From assembly GCA_045544815.1 (NCBI GenBank), contig JAZPZT010000004.1, positions 1,171 to 65,170 of the forward strand: a stretch of 64,000 nt of DNA, written 5' to 3'. The stretch is from Acutalibacteraceae bacterium (GTDB lineage Bacteria; Bacillota; Clostridia; Oscillospirales; Acutalibacteraceae). The translations under genes and the position numbers were made by a program. The notes under the pieces are model-generated. The model ran no database searches. It was not told the DNA's origin and saw only the letters and a program-made list of their open reading frames with translations. This document shows, in pieces, positions 40,291-49,646 of the stretch; position 1 is the first letter of the stretch; each line of letters starts with the position of its first letter.

Positions 40291-41544
40291 ATGGCAAAAG
40301 AACAACTCTCCCCTGCCCTCTCCGCACGGATGGAGCAGGAGAAAAAGGCCCATTCCTATACCGATTTTTCCTTTCACGATGAGGCGGCGGTGCGCCGCTT
40401 TGCCACGGGTCGCCCTGCCTCGGTGTGGCGCCCTGCCTTTGCCAAAGATATCGACCGCATCCTCTATTCTCCCTACTACACCCGCTACACCGATAAGACG
40501 CAGGTGTTTGCCCTGACCAAAAACGACGACGTCACCCGCCGTGGTCTCCACGTGCAGTTGGTGTCCCGTATTGCCCGTACCATCGGCCGCGCCCTCAACC
40601 TCAACCTCGACCTCATCGAGGCGATTGCGCTGGGACACGATATCGGTCACACGCCCTTCGCCCATTGCGGCGAGGTGTACCTCAATCAGCTCTACAATGA
40701 GCATACGGGCCGCTATTTCAGCCACAACATTCACTCTGCCCGTGTGCTCAGCCAGATTTTCCCCATGAATCTGACCCTGCAGACCCTATCGGGCATCGCA
40801 GGCCACAACGGTGAAATCGAGCTGGCGGAGTATCATCCCGTGCCTATGGCCACCTTTGAGGAGTTTGAGGCGGAGCTGGAGAAGTGCTACACCATCCCCG
40901 GCTATTCCAACAAGATTCAGCCCTCTACGCTGGAGGGTAACGTGGTGCGTATTTCGGATATCATCGCCTATTTGGGCCGCGACCGTCAGGACGCCGCCCG
41001 TATGCAGATGGTGGAGGATGACTATTTCACCGCCGGTATCATCGGCACGGTCAACTCCGAAATCGTCAACAATCTGGTGGTCAACATCATCGAAAACAGC
41101 TATGGCAAGCCCTATATCATGATGGACGAGGAGCATTTCGGTGCCATCCAGACCTATAAGCGGGAAAACTACGCCATGATTTACGCCAACGAGCCCGGTC
41201 GTGTGATTTTGGACCGTGTGGTGAAATATATGATGGAGGAGATCTACGAGCAACTGCTGGACGACCTGCAAAACGATCGTCGGGACAGCCCCATCTTCCT
41301 ACACCATATCGACTACGTTAACGCCACCCACTATCACCGCGAGGTGCCCTACGAGCAGACCGAGCCCAACCAGATCATCGTGGACTACATCGCCAGTATG
41401 ACCGACGATTATCTCATCGAATTGCACCGCTACCTCTTCCCTGACAGCAACTACTACGTGGAGTATATGGGTTATTTTAACGATATCCACGAAAAACGCA
41501 CCCGCCTGCAAGGGCAAATCGGTATGGAGGACCAAGAAGACTAA
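40291..41544 (+). CDS. HD-domain dNTP triphosphohydrolase-like protein (dGTPase family)
   Basis: Motifs FAKDIDRILYSPYYTR, RGLHVQLVS and LGHDIGHTPFAH are present. The ATG at 40291 follows AAAGGAGGG. Confidence 0.85.
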   Translation: MAKEQLSPALSARMEQEKKAHSYTDFSFHDEAAVRRFATGRPASVWRPAFAKDIDRILYSPYYTRYTDKTQVFALTKNDDVTRRGLHVQLVSRIARTIGRALNLNLDLIEAIALGHDIGHTPFAHCGEVYLNQLYNEHTGRYFSHNIHSARVLSQIFPMNLTLQTLSGIAGHNGEIELAEYHPVPMATFEEFEAELEKCYTIPGYSNKIQPSTLEGNVVRISDIIAYLGRDRQDAARMQMVEDDYFTAGIIGTVNSEIVNNLVVNIIENSYGKPYIMMDEEHFGAIQTYKRENYAMIYANEPGRVILDRVVKYMMEEIYEQLLDDLQNDRRDSPIFLHHIDYVNATHYHREVPYEQTEPNQIIVDYIASMTDDYLIELHRYLFPDSNYYVEYMGYFNDIHEKRTRLQGQIGMEDQED

Positions 41545-41546
41545 AC

Positions 41547-41581
41547 AAAAAGGACAACCACTCGCGTGGTTGTCCTTTTTT
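41547..41581 (+). terminator. Intrinsic terminator after the dGTPase-like gene
   Basis: AAAAAGGACAACCAC-TCGC-GTGGTTGTCCTTTTTT. Confidence 0.85.
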
Positions 41582-41656
41582 GTGTAAAGAAGCTTCAAGC
41601 CTCCGTCATCGTATCACTTTCTGACGCAACTTTCACGGCAATCGTTGTCCCATCCG

Positions 41657-43486
41657 TCATCCATCGGAGGGCTCGATTGCCTCAAACATAAAGGGATACT
41701 TCTTTTCGTTGAGATGGTCGTAACAGATGTTAAAATAGTTGAGAACGTCTTTCGTCATTTGCGCGTCATCACCATACGCCGACAAATTCATATTTTCATC
41801 GTAAAACGTCCTATAAGACATAATGACCGGAACCTTTTCCATAAGTTCGAGCTGGTACTGATAGAAGGGAGACAAGGGAACCTCGGCGGTTTCCAGTAAT
41901 TTGGGCACCACGTAATTCATACTGATGTAACCCAAATCTTCTGACGGCAGACCATAGTTGCTCCACATTACCATAGGGGTGCTTTTCAGCAGATAGGTCA
42001 GGTCCGCTTCCGAGATGGAGGGGTCTGCGATGTTTTTGGCAAAGGAGGGACCGTGATCGCCCAACATACATACGATAACCGGTTTGTCCACCGTCTCAAA
42101 GTAAGACAACAATTTCACCAATTCCTCATCGGAAAGCCGCAAAGAGGACAAATACTCGTTCACTTGATCGGTGTATTCGCCGAAATCATTGTTGACCTTT
42201 ACCGTATCCAACTCTTCCGGATTTTGCTCCCAGCCGCCGTGATTCTGGAAGGTGAGCAAATACATAAACTTAGGCTTTTCAGAGGGCTCTTCATACCACC
42301 GAATGAGATTCTTATAGGTGGACTCATCGGTGTTCGCACGGTTGCCGTAGCTCTCCAAGCCACTGAAATCTATATCAAAATACGCATGGTCAAAGCCAAG
42401 AGCCGGGTAGCTGTATTTGCGATTGTAGTTGGCCGAATTGGCGCAGTGGGCGGCATAGGTTTCGTATCCGTAGGACTCTAAAAGCGAAACCACACTGGCA
42501 TGCCCTTTCATATCCATGGACAAAAACGGCGTTTGGTTGGGAATCAAACTGGTGGATACACTGGTCAGCAATTCGTACTCGGAGCGATTGGTTCCACCGC
42601 CTTCGCCGGAGGCGACCACATATCCTTTGATGGCGTTTTCGATCCCATAATAGTTTGCCAGCGGAGAAAGGTTCGTATCCAAATCCACCACCTGCTCCAA
42701 ATCATAAAAACACTCGTTGAGAATCAACACGATATCGGGAAGCTCTTTTGCGGCAGGCGTTTCGGTTTGGTTGGCGAGAACGTCGTTGTAGACGTTGAGA
42801 ATGGTTTCTTCCGAGTAATTGTCATACGTTAGAGAAAACGTGTTCGCTTGAAAATGGGATTCCAACTGCAACGGCAAAAAACCGTATTCGCCGGCCGAAC
42901 TTGCCCAAGAAAAAACAACGGAGTTTTTCGGCTTAAAAGAGATATCCGAAAACACACCGCCATATACGTTGGCACCCAAGAGCAACAAGCAGACACCGGC
43001 TATGCCGAGCCGTTTTCTCCAAGAAGAAAAGATCGGTTTCGCATCGGTGATTTTCCAAGTAAAAATCACGATTGCGACACAAATCAGGAGGCATAGTAAA
43101 ATGGCGATGCTGTATTTATCCAGATGGAAACGATAGGAGGCAACGACATCCATAGCGGTGGCGGTGTTTTTCAGCAAATGCACGGTGAGCGGCGCACCGT
43201 GATACAGCAGTATGTAGTAATTGGCGATAGCCAAAACGGAAGAGATAATGCTCCACGTCAACAGAGCGGTATGCGGCTTGTTAAAGATAAACATCAGCAA
43301 AGCAACGATTAGCCAAAAAGACAGCAGATTCCACGCAAAGACACCTACGGTCATCTTAGCATTAAGAAAGGGGATTCGCGACACAGAAACCTGCAATTGC
43401 ATAAACGTGATAAATGCTACAAGCAGAGACGCTGCTCCTGAAATAAAATAGTTGGAGCGTACCACCGACAGTATTTTTTCTTTCAT
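41657..43486 (-). CDS. LtaS-type sulfatase-domain membrane protein (lipoteichoic acid synthase / phosphoglycerol transferase family)
   Basis: It has five N-terminal TM helices plus an extracellular alkaline-phosphatase-superfamily domain (LTFQNHGGWE, MLGDHGPSF). By eye it is AT-richer than its flanks. Confidence 0.78.
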   Translation of the reverse strand: MKEKILSVVRSNYFISGAASLLVAFITFMQLQVSVSRIPFLNAKMTVGVFAWNLLSFWLIVALLMFIFNKPHTALLTWSIISSVLAIANYYILLYHGAPLTVHLLKNTATAMDVVASYRFHLDKYSIAILLCLLICVAIVIFTWKITDAKPIFSSWRKRLGIAGVCLLLLGANVYGGVFSDISFKPKNSVVFSWASSAGEYGFLPLQLESHFQANTFSLTYDNYSEETILNVYNDVLANQTETPAAKELPDIVLILNECFYDLEQVVDLDTNLSPLANYYGIENAIKGYVVASGEGGGTNRSEYELLTSVSTSLIPNQTPFLSMDMKGHASVVSLLESYGYETYAAHCANSANYNRKYSYPALGFDHAYFDIDFSGLESYGNRANTDESTYKNLIRWYEEPSEKPKFMYLLTFQNHGGWEQNPEELDTVKVNNDFGEYTDQVNEYLSSLRLSDEELVKLLSYFETVDKPVIVCMLGDHGPSFAKNIADPSISEADLTYLLKSTPMVMWSNYGLPSEDLGYISMNYVVPKLLETAEVPLSPFYQYQLELMEKVPVIMSYRTFYDENMNLSAYGDDAQMTKDVLNYFNICYDHLNEKKYPFMFEAIEPSDG

Positions 43487-43762
43487 AAACGCACCTCTTG
43501 AGTCGAAAAAGTGAAGTTGAAATTAAGCAAAGAGTAGTATGAAAAATCCATCGCTTCACATTGTACTACGAATGCGATCAAAGTGCAAGAATAACATGCG
43601 TGTTTTTTGTCATGAGAAAGGATACATCCGGTACAACCGACCTTTCGACTGTTCCCAAACCGGATGAAACAAAGGTATTTTTCGAAATTTTCCTTTCTCG
43701 AGCGCGCTTGACATTGCCTTTTCGACAGAATATAATAAAAACCACAGAGGAGGCGTGTAAAT

Positions 43763-44662
43763 ATGAGATATTTGACCGTTCGCAGAGAAAAGAGTTTCGT
43801 GGCCTGTCTGGTGAAAAGCCACGTGTACATCGAGGACCCTTACTACGGCGACACCACCATCGGCGGCGTGCGCTGCCGCAAATTGGGCGACCTGAAAAAC
43901 GGCAGTGAAATGACCTTCACCATCGGTGACGAGGCGGCACGGGTGTACGTTATCTGCGACAAGCTGAGCAAGGATTTCTGCAACGATTTCTTCCTTGTGC
44001 CTGCAGGTAATTTTAACGTGCTTCTCGTGGGCAAGCACGAGATGAACCCCATCAGCGGCAACGCCTTCCGCTTCTACGGCAACGACCATCCCGAAGCACA
44101 GCAAAACCGCAAACGCGGCGGCCGTATCGGCCTGATCGTGCTGATCGTGGCGGCTGTGCTGGGATTTTTGATCGGCGTATTGAGCGGCATTATGAGCGCT
44201 ATGAACGAGGAGGCGCAACCTAAGACCTTCACCACGGGCGACATCACCATCACCCTGACCGACGACTTTGACGAGGGCGATATCGACGGCTACGACGCCG
44301 TGTGGGAGTCGTGGGAGGTGGCGGTCGTGGTGCTGGAAGAGCCCTTTGACACCCTGACGGAAGTGATGGAGGACCCTGCCGCCGCCACGGTGCGTGAGTT
44401 CGCTGAATTGCACCGTGACAGCAACGAAAAAACAGCGCCGATTGAGACGGAGGATGGTCTGACCCGCTATTGCTACGAGTGGACCGACGAGGAAAGCGGT
44501 GTGACCTATCGCTACTACACCTACCTGTACAAATCCGCCGACTCCTTTTGGATGGTACAGTTCTTTATCGACGCCGAGGACGCCGCGGAGTATCAGGACC
44601 TTATCCCCCAATGGGCGCAATCTGTGACCTTTGCGCAGGCGAGCACAGCCGTACATATTTAA
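43763..44662 (+). CDS. Hypothetical single-pass membrane protein, no family recognised
   Basis: It has a strong RBS (GAGGAGG) and a cytoplasmic beta-rich N-domain of about 120 aa. One TM segment (IGLIVLIVAAVLGFLIGVLSGIM) precedes an acidic outer domain of about 150 aa. It has its own terminator. Confidence 0.6.
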   Translation: MRYLTVRREKSFVACLVKSHVYIEDPYYGDTTIGGVRCRKLGDLKNGSEMTFTIGDEAARVYVICDKLSKDFCNDFFLVPAGNFNVLLVGKHEMNPISGNAFRFYGNDHPEAQQNRKRGGRIGLIVLIVAAVLGFLIGVLSGIMSAMNEEAQPKTFTTGDITITLTDDFDEGDIDGYDAVWESWEVAVVVLEEPFDTLTEVMEDPAAATVREFAELHRDSNEKTAPIETEDGLTRYCYEWTDEESGVTYRYYTYLYKSADSFWMVQFFIDAEDAAEYQDLIPQWAQSVTFAQASTAVHI

Positions 44663-44665
44663 TTC

Positions 44666-44699
44666 AAAAGAGGACACTCGCAAAGGTGTCCTCTTTTTT
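44666..44699 (+). terminator. Intrinsic terminator after the hypothetical membrane protein
   Basis: The stem GAGGACAC/GTGTCCTC is followed by T6. Confidence 0.8.
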
Positions 44700-44712
44700 G
44701 CGTGCGAATTTC

Positions 44713-44741
44713 TTTACATCTGCCGTTAATTGTGGTATCCT
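44713..44741 (+). promoter_or_regulatory. Candidate promoter of the STAND gene
   Basis: TTTACA, a 17-nt spacer, then TATCCT with an upstream TG (extended -10). Confidence 0.4.
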
Positions 44742-44773
44742 CAACATATATCGATTGTAAGGAGTTGCCGTAT

Positions 44774-47700
44774 ATGACGACCAATCATTCCCACAGCGCC
44801 CCTCCCGTGATTCGTGTGTTTCTGTCCTCCACCTTTGCGGATATGGAGCGGGAACGCAGCTATTTCAACGAGGTGCTGTCACCCAAAATCAGCCGTATCT
44901 GCGCCGAGCGCGGCGTGTCTTTCTTCAGCGTGGACCTGCGCTGGGGTATCACCCACGAGGACCAGGTGAACGGTCAGGTATTACCCATCTGCTTGGGCGA
45001 AATCGACAAGTGCCGCCCCTATTTCATCGGCATCGTGGGCAACCGCTACGGCAGCGTGCTGGAGGCGGTGCCCGAGCATATCGCCCAGTCCATTCCGTGG
45101 CTTATGGGCAAAGAGGGGCATAGCATTACCGAGCTGGAAATGCTGTACGCCGTGCTGGACAAGGAAAAGGGCGATGGTTGCGCCGACTGCGCCTTCTATA
45201 TGCGCTCCGACCGTCTGTCCCGTGAGATGTACGGCACCGCCCTTGATGAGAGCGATGCCGCTCGCCGCCGTTTGGCGGACCTCAAGCGCCGCATTACCGA
45301 GGACGCAGACATCCCCTCCGCCGACTACGACAGCATGGAAGAGTTTGGCGAGATGGTCATACGCGACCTAATGCGCTGGCTGGACGAGCATTTTCCTGCC
45401 TCTGCGGACGTCAACCTCATCCGCCGCAAGTGGTACGACGGCGAACTGTTGCGCAATTATCTGCGCTCGCAACAAAACGAGCACTTCCTCGACACTTACA
45501 TAGCAGAGAGCAAAAAGCCCCTGCTGTTTTACGGCGACGGCGCCCGGGGAAAGACGGCGTTCCTCACTGCGTGGCAACCTGCCGAAGGGCACAAGATCGT
45601 GGTGAATATCGCCGCCGACGATCGCTTCTCCTACTGGCCTGCCTTGGTCCATCATTTGGCGTTGAGCATACGGGAACTGCAGCCCGACTGCGGCCTGCCC
45701 GAGGGGGTTGTTGCCGAAGACGGCGACGTCTTTTACACCAGCGACGAGGAAAAAGAGCGCTTCGGTCGGGCTTTTCTACGGTGGTTTGGCGGCCTGCGGC
45801 TGACACAGCCCGTCACCATCGTTATCAACGACCTAAACCTGCTGGAGGACGAGCAAAGCCGCCTGCTGTCCTGGCTGCCTGCGATGCCGCCTGCCGGCAT
45901 TCGTCTGATCGGCTCCACCAACGACGATGAGATGGTGCAGAACGCCTCTCTTATGGGCTGGAACGTGCGGGAGATGCCGCTGTTTGAGCCGCAGGACGCC
46001 GTCACCCTGGTCACCGACTATCTCCACGCCTGCGGCAAAAAACTGACGGAGGAGCAGTTAGGCCGCCTGATGCAATCGGTGTGTGCCCGTTATCCCGGTC
46101 AGTTGCGTTTCGTGGCGGCTTTTTTGGTGAATTTCGGTCGTTTCAACAGCTTGGATGAGCTCATCGACGCCATCGGTAGTTTCCGCCGTATCGATGAAAT
46201 GTACCGTTACGCCTACGATTTCCTGATGACGGAATACGAGCAACGCGAGCGCGAGGCAGTTCGTCTGGTGCTGGGTTTGGTGCGCGCTGCCACCTTCTCC
46301 CTCAACGAGCGGCTGTGCTATGAGTTGTGCCAGCGCAGCTATCAAGTGACCGCCATTGAATGGGCCCGTTGCTGCCGTGTTTTCGAGCAGTTCGGCATCA
46401 TTCAGGGTGACTATTGGAATCTCCGCAACGAGGAGATGCAGAAGTTCGTAGATCGGTTGCTGGACGCCGATGAATTGCGGCAGGCCCACACCGTTCTGGG
46501 CGATTATTTTCTGCAGGCGTTGCGCGACGACGCTGACGCCGAGGACGTGCGTACCGCCACCGCCTACGCCAAGGCGGTGTTGCTCCACTATCGCACCGCC
46601 GAGGCGTGGGACAAGCTGACCGACGCCCTTTCCGAGCATCGGATCCTGTGCCGTCTGTATAAGTTAGACTGGCGCTACGTCCGCGTGGGTTGGATGGCTC
46701 TGTTCCTCCATACCGATTGCGACATCCCCACCCTCTTGTTGGAGTTAGCGCGCCGTTACACGGCGCAGGGGGAGGAGCAGAACCACGCCATCGCCTTGCA
46801 GGTGGGCAGTCTGCTGACCGACCTCTGCTACGAGGAAGGCTACGAGGAAATGCGTCGGCTGCTGGGCGTGGCGGTCATTCCCTCCGCCCTGAATGCGGAT
46901 ATCGACCGTATGCTCAGCGACACCTTCACCCGCGCCTACAACGAGATGTGTAGCATGAAGGAACGGGGACAATACCGCGAGTTGCTGGCCTACGCGGACG
47001 CCTTGCAGGCGTCCTCCGCCGCCCTCAATGAAAAAGAGCTGTGTCAGCTCTACTTCTTCCGCGCAGACGCCGAGAGCAGGTTGCACCTTTATGAGGCGGC
47101 ACTGACCACGGTCAATGGCTATTACGAAACCGCCATCCGCACCGGCCTTTCCTACGAGATCATCCGTGCCCTGACCATTCGCGGCGAGGTGGTGTTCCGT
47201 CTGGACAACCGTGCGGATCGGGAAAAGGAATGTATAGCCATTCAGGAGCGGCTCATCCAGATGGCGCTGGCCAACGGTGATCTGCGCACCTATTTGTTTG
47301 CTCGCAATATGCTGGGTATGTGTCTGGCTCACGTCAACGGCTTCGTGGCCGCCGGCGTTGTCTTTGACTCGGTGTTTGCCCAGTGGACCAAACTGGGCAA
47401 CGTGCAGGAGATGGGCTCTATCATCATTAACAAGAGTAACGCCTTTTACATCAACGGCAAATACGCTCAGGCCCTGGATCTGGTCAAGGGCTATTACGAG
47501 ACTGTCTGCAACCTACCACAGATGCAGCTCAACTGCACGCTGCTCCTGGGTCATATGGGGCATTACGCCACGGCACTCAAGGATTACGACACTGCGGAGC
47601 AGTATCTGCTGGAGTCCCTCCGCCGCGCCAAGGAGTCGGGCTACGAGTCTGCCCGACTCAACGCCTACAAGGGACTGGCAAAGATGTATCGAGCCAGCGA

Positions 47701-49642
47701 CCGCTGGATGAAGGCGGTGGAGGTCTGGGAGGAGCAGATGGAATTCCTCTGGAGCCGTGGCGAGTACAACAGCCTCTTGTCCATCCTCAACGACGCCATC
47801 GTCGCTCTGCACCACTACAGCTACGCCAAGCGAGCCAAAATCATGGAGGAGCAGTGGCGTGAGCGCTTTGCCACCATCGAGGGAGGCAGCGAAATCTTTG
47901 AAAAGAGCCGCCGTGCCGACGAAACCGTGGATACGGTGCAGGTGGACGGATTCCGCGAGCAGATTATTATGGCCAAGGGTGAGGGTAACGTCCAAAAGCA
48001 GGCGGAACTGCTATGCCAGTGGGCGGTGGCCATCAAGGATTCCGCTCCCGACGAGGCGGTATCCCATCTGCTGGAGGCGGCAGATTTGTACCGCAGTTTG
48101 GGGCTTGTCGCTCGTGTGTTTAGCAGTGTGCAGGCCACGCTGGGCATTCTGATTCGCAAGGGTAAAGTGCGTAATGAGGCGCTGTATCAGCAGGTGATGG
48201 CCGGCATTGACGATGCGGTTATACCCGAGATCGTCCGTCTGTGGACGGAATTGGCCGATCACAAGCCGGAGGAGGACGCCACCGTCTATCCCAAACTGGC
48301 CGCTTTGATGACCAAGGGAGCCGTCTACGAGCCGCTGATGGCACTATTCGTGACGGATATGAACGCCATCCTGATGTACCTCTGCACCGCCGACGAACTG
48401 ATTCAGTTGGTGGAGAGTTTCTCTCACAGTGTGCGCGACGATGTATGCGATGGTTTCGACCACGCCATGTTTGACGACGAGGGCCGTGGCACCTCCGACC
48501 TAAAGGTGGATTTCCTCAGCCCTGCCGCTACGGAAAAACTGCGCTTTTACGAGAAATGCGTGGCGTTTTTGCAGCATTTCGGCCACCTGAATGCGGCGGC
48601 AATGGCAGGCAACATCGCCCTCATTTTCCGCCGCCGTAAGGACAAGGAAAAGACGCTGTACTACCACAGCCTGTCCGCCAAAGCCTTCGAAAAGGCAAAA
48701 AAGCCGGAGGACGCCCTCATCGAGATGATGAATCTGGCCACTGCCTATCGTGAATTTGACGATATCGACGGCTCCATCCGGCTGTTGCGCGAGGCGCTGA
48801 CCCTCGCCGGCGAATGGGGCGAGAAGAAGATGGAAGCGCTGATCGCGGGTAATCTGGCCTCGTGTCTGGTGCAGTTCAATCCGACGGATAACAAAGAGGA
48901 GATTCTGCGCTATTTCACCTTGGAGGAGGCCTATTTCCGCGCCACCGCCAACGACCGTGATTTGGTTATTTCACTGGTGAATCAGATGATTTACCTCCAC
49001 GATAAGGCGGATGTGAGCGAATGGCAGGGCAAGCTGCAGGAGGCCATGGCGCTGGTGAACAAGCACCATTTTGACGATTTCCGCACGGTGCTGAGTCGCT
49101 TAGAGTGGATGGCCAGCCAAAAGACGGCACAGCCTGCCGCTGCCGAGAATCGGGGCGAGGACGATTTCCGCGAAAAGGTGAAGGAACTGCTGGCCGCCGT
49201 TGGCAATTATCAGATTGCCAACATCGATTGTACCAACGACACCTATCGCGCCATCTGCGCACCCATAGAGAACGGTATGCCGGGCGAAACACGGCTGTTT
49301 TTCTTCTACCGCTATGACAGCGCCGGTGTGATTGGCGCTGTGGGCGTGTATCAGCCGCCCATGCGCCTGCAGGATTTAGAAAAGGTCACCGCCTATATGA
49401 ACTGGTGGAACAACCTCAACGAGTATGAAATCCACTACGACGCCGAGCAACAGCTATTCCGCGCGGACGCCCGTTTGGTGGCGCCCGATTGGGGCAAAAT
49501 GGCGTTGCGCCTGCGCCGATTCCATAAACTGTGGGAGGCGGACAAGGTCAACCTTATGTCTGTGATCTTGGGCATTGTGGACGTAGATTTAGCCCAGGGT
49601 GCCAAGCTCCGTGTGATGGACGAGACCACCGACACCGAATAA
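44774..49642 (+). CDS. 1,622-aa protein: DUF4062-like N-domain, P-loop STAND-type NTPase, about 1,000 aa of TPR-like helical repeats, and a distinct C-terminal domain
   Basis: The ATG at 44774 lies 9 nt after AAGGAG. The N-terminus reads VIRVFLSSTFADMERERSYF...VDLRWGI...IGIVGNRYG. Walker A is GDGARGKT (45533-45556) and Walker B is IVIND (45818-45832). The TPR-like helices are long, and the last roughly 145 aa are non-repetitive. Confidence 0.8.
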   Translation: MTTNHSHSAPPVIRVFLSSTFADMERERSYFNEVLSPKISRICAERGVSFFSVDLRWGITHEDQVNGQVLPICLGEIDKCRPYFIGIVGNRYGSVLEAVPEHIAQSIPWLMGKEGHSITELEMLYAVLDKEKGDGCADCAFYMRSDRLSREMYGTALDESDAARRRLADLKRRITEDADIPSADYDSMEEFGEMVIRDLMRWLDEHFPASADVNLIRRKWYDGELLRNYLRSQQNEHFLDTYIAESKKPLLFYGDGARGKTAFLTAWQPAEGHKIVVNIAADDRFSYWPALVHHLALSIRELQPDCGLPEGVVAEDGDVFYTSDEEKERFGRAFLRWFGGLRLTQPVTIVINDLNLLEDEQSRLLSWLPAMPPAGIRLIGSTNDDEMVQNASLMGWNVREMPLFEPQDAVTLVTDYLHACGKKLTEEQLGRLMQSVCARYPGQLRFVAAFLVNFGRFNSLDELIDAIGSFRRIDEMYRYAYDFLMTEYEQREREAVRLVLGLVRAATFSLNERLCYELCQRSYQVTAIEWARCCRVFEQFGIIQGDYWNLRNEEMQKFVDRLLDADELRQAHTVLGDYFLQALRDDADAEDVRTATAYAKAVLLHYRTAEAWDKLTDALSEHRILCRLYKLDWRYVRVGWMALFLHTDCDIPTLLLELARRYTAQGEEQNHAIALQVGSLLTDLCYEEGYEEMRRLLGVAVIPSALNADIDRMLSDTFTRAYNEMCSMKERGQYRELLAYADALQASSAALNEKELCQLYFFRADAESRLHLYEAALTTVNGYYETAIRTGLSYEIIRALTIRGEVVFRLDNRADREKECIAIQERLIQMALANGDLRTYLFARNMLGMCLAHVNGFVAAGVVFDSVFAQWTKLGNVQEMGSIIINKSNAFYINGKYAQALDLVKGYYETVCNLPQMQLNCTLLLGHMGHYATALKDYDTAEQYLLESLRRAKESGYESARLNAYKGLAKMYRASDRWMKAVEVWEEQMEFLWSRGEYNSLLSILNDAIVALHHYSYAKRAKIMEEQWRERFATIEGGSEIFEKSRRADETVDTVQVDGFREQIIMAKGEGNVQKQAELLCQWAVAIKDSAPDEAVSHLLEAADLYRSLGLVARVFSSVQATLGILIRKGKVRNEALYQQVMAGIDDAVIPEIVRLWTELADHKPEEDATVYPKLAALMTKGAVYEPLMALFVTDMNAILMYLCTADELIQLVESFSHSVRDDVCDGFDHAMFDDEGRGTSDLKVDFLSPAATEKLRFYEKCVAFLQHFGHLNAAAMAGNIALIFRRRKDKEKTLYYHSLSAKAFEKAKKPEDALIEMMNLATAYREFDDIDGSIRLLREALTLAGEWGEKKMEALIAGNLASCLVQFNPTDNKEEILRYFTLEEAYFRATANDRDLVISLVNQMIYLHDKADVSEWQGKLQEAMALVNKHHFDDFRTVLSRLEWMASQKTAQPAAAENRGEDDFREKVKELLAAVGNYQIANIDCTNDTYRAICAPIENGMPGETRLFFFYRYDSAGVIGAVGVYQPPMRLQDLEKVTAYMNWWNNLNEYEIHYDAEQQLFRADARLVAPDWGKMALRLRRFHKLWEADKVNLMSVILGIVDVDLAQGAKLRVMDETTDTE

Positions 49643-49646
49643 ACGT

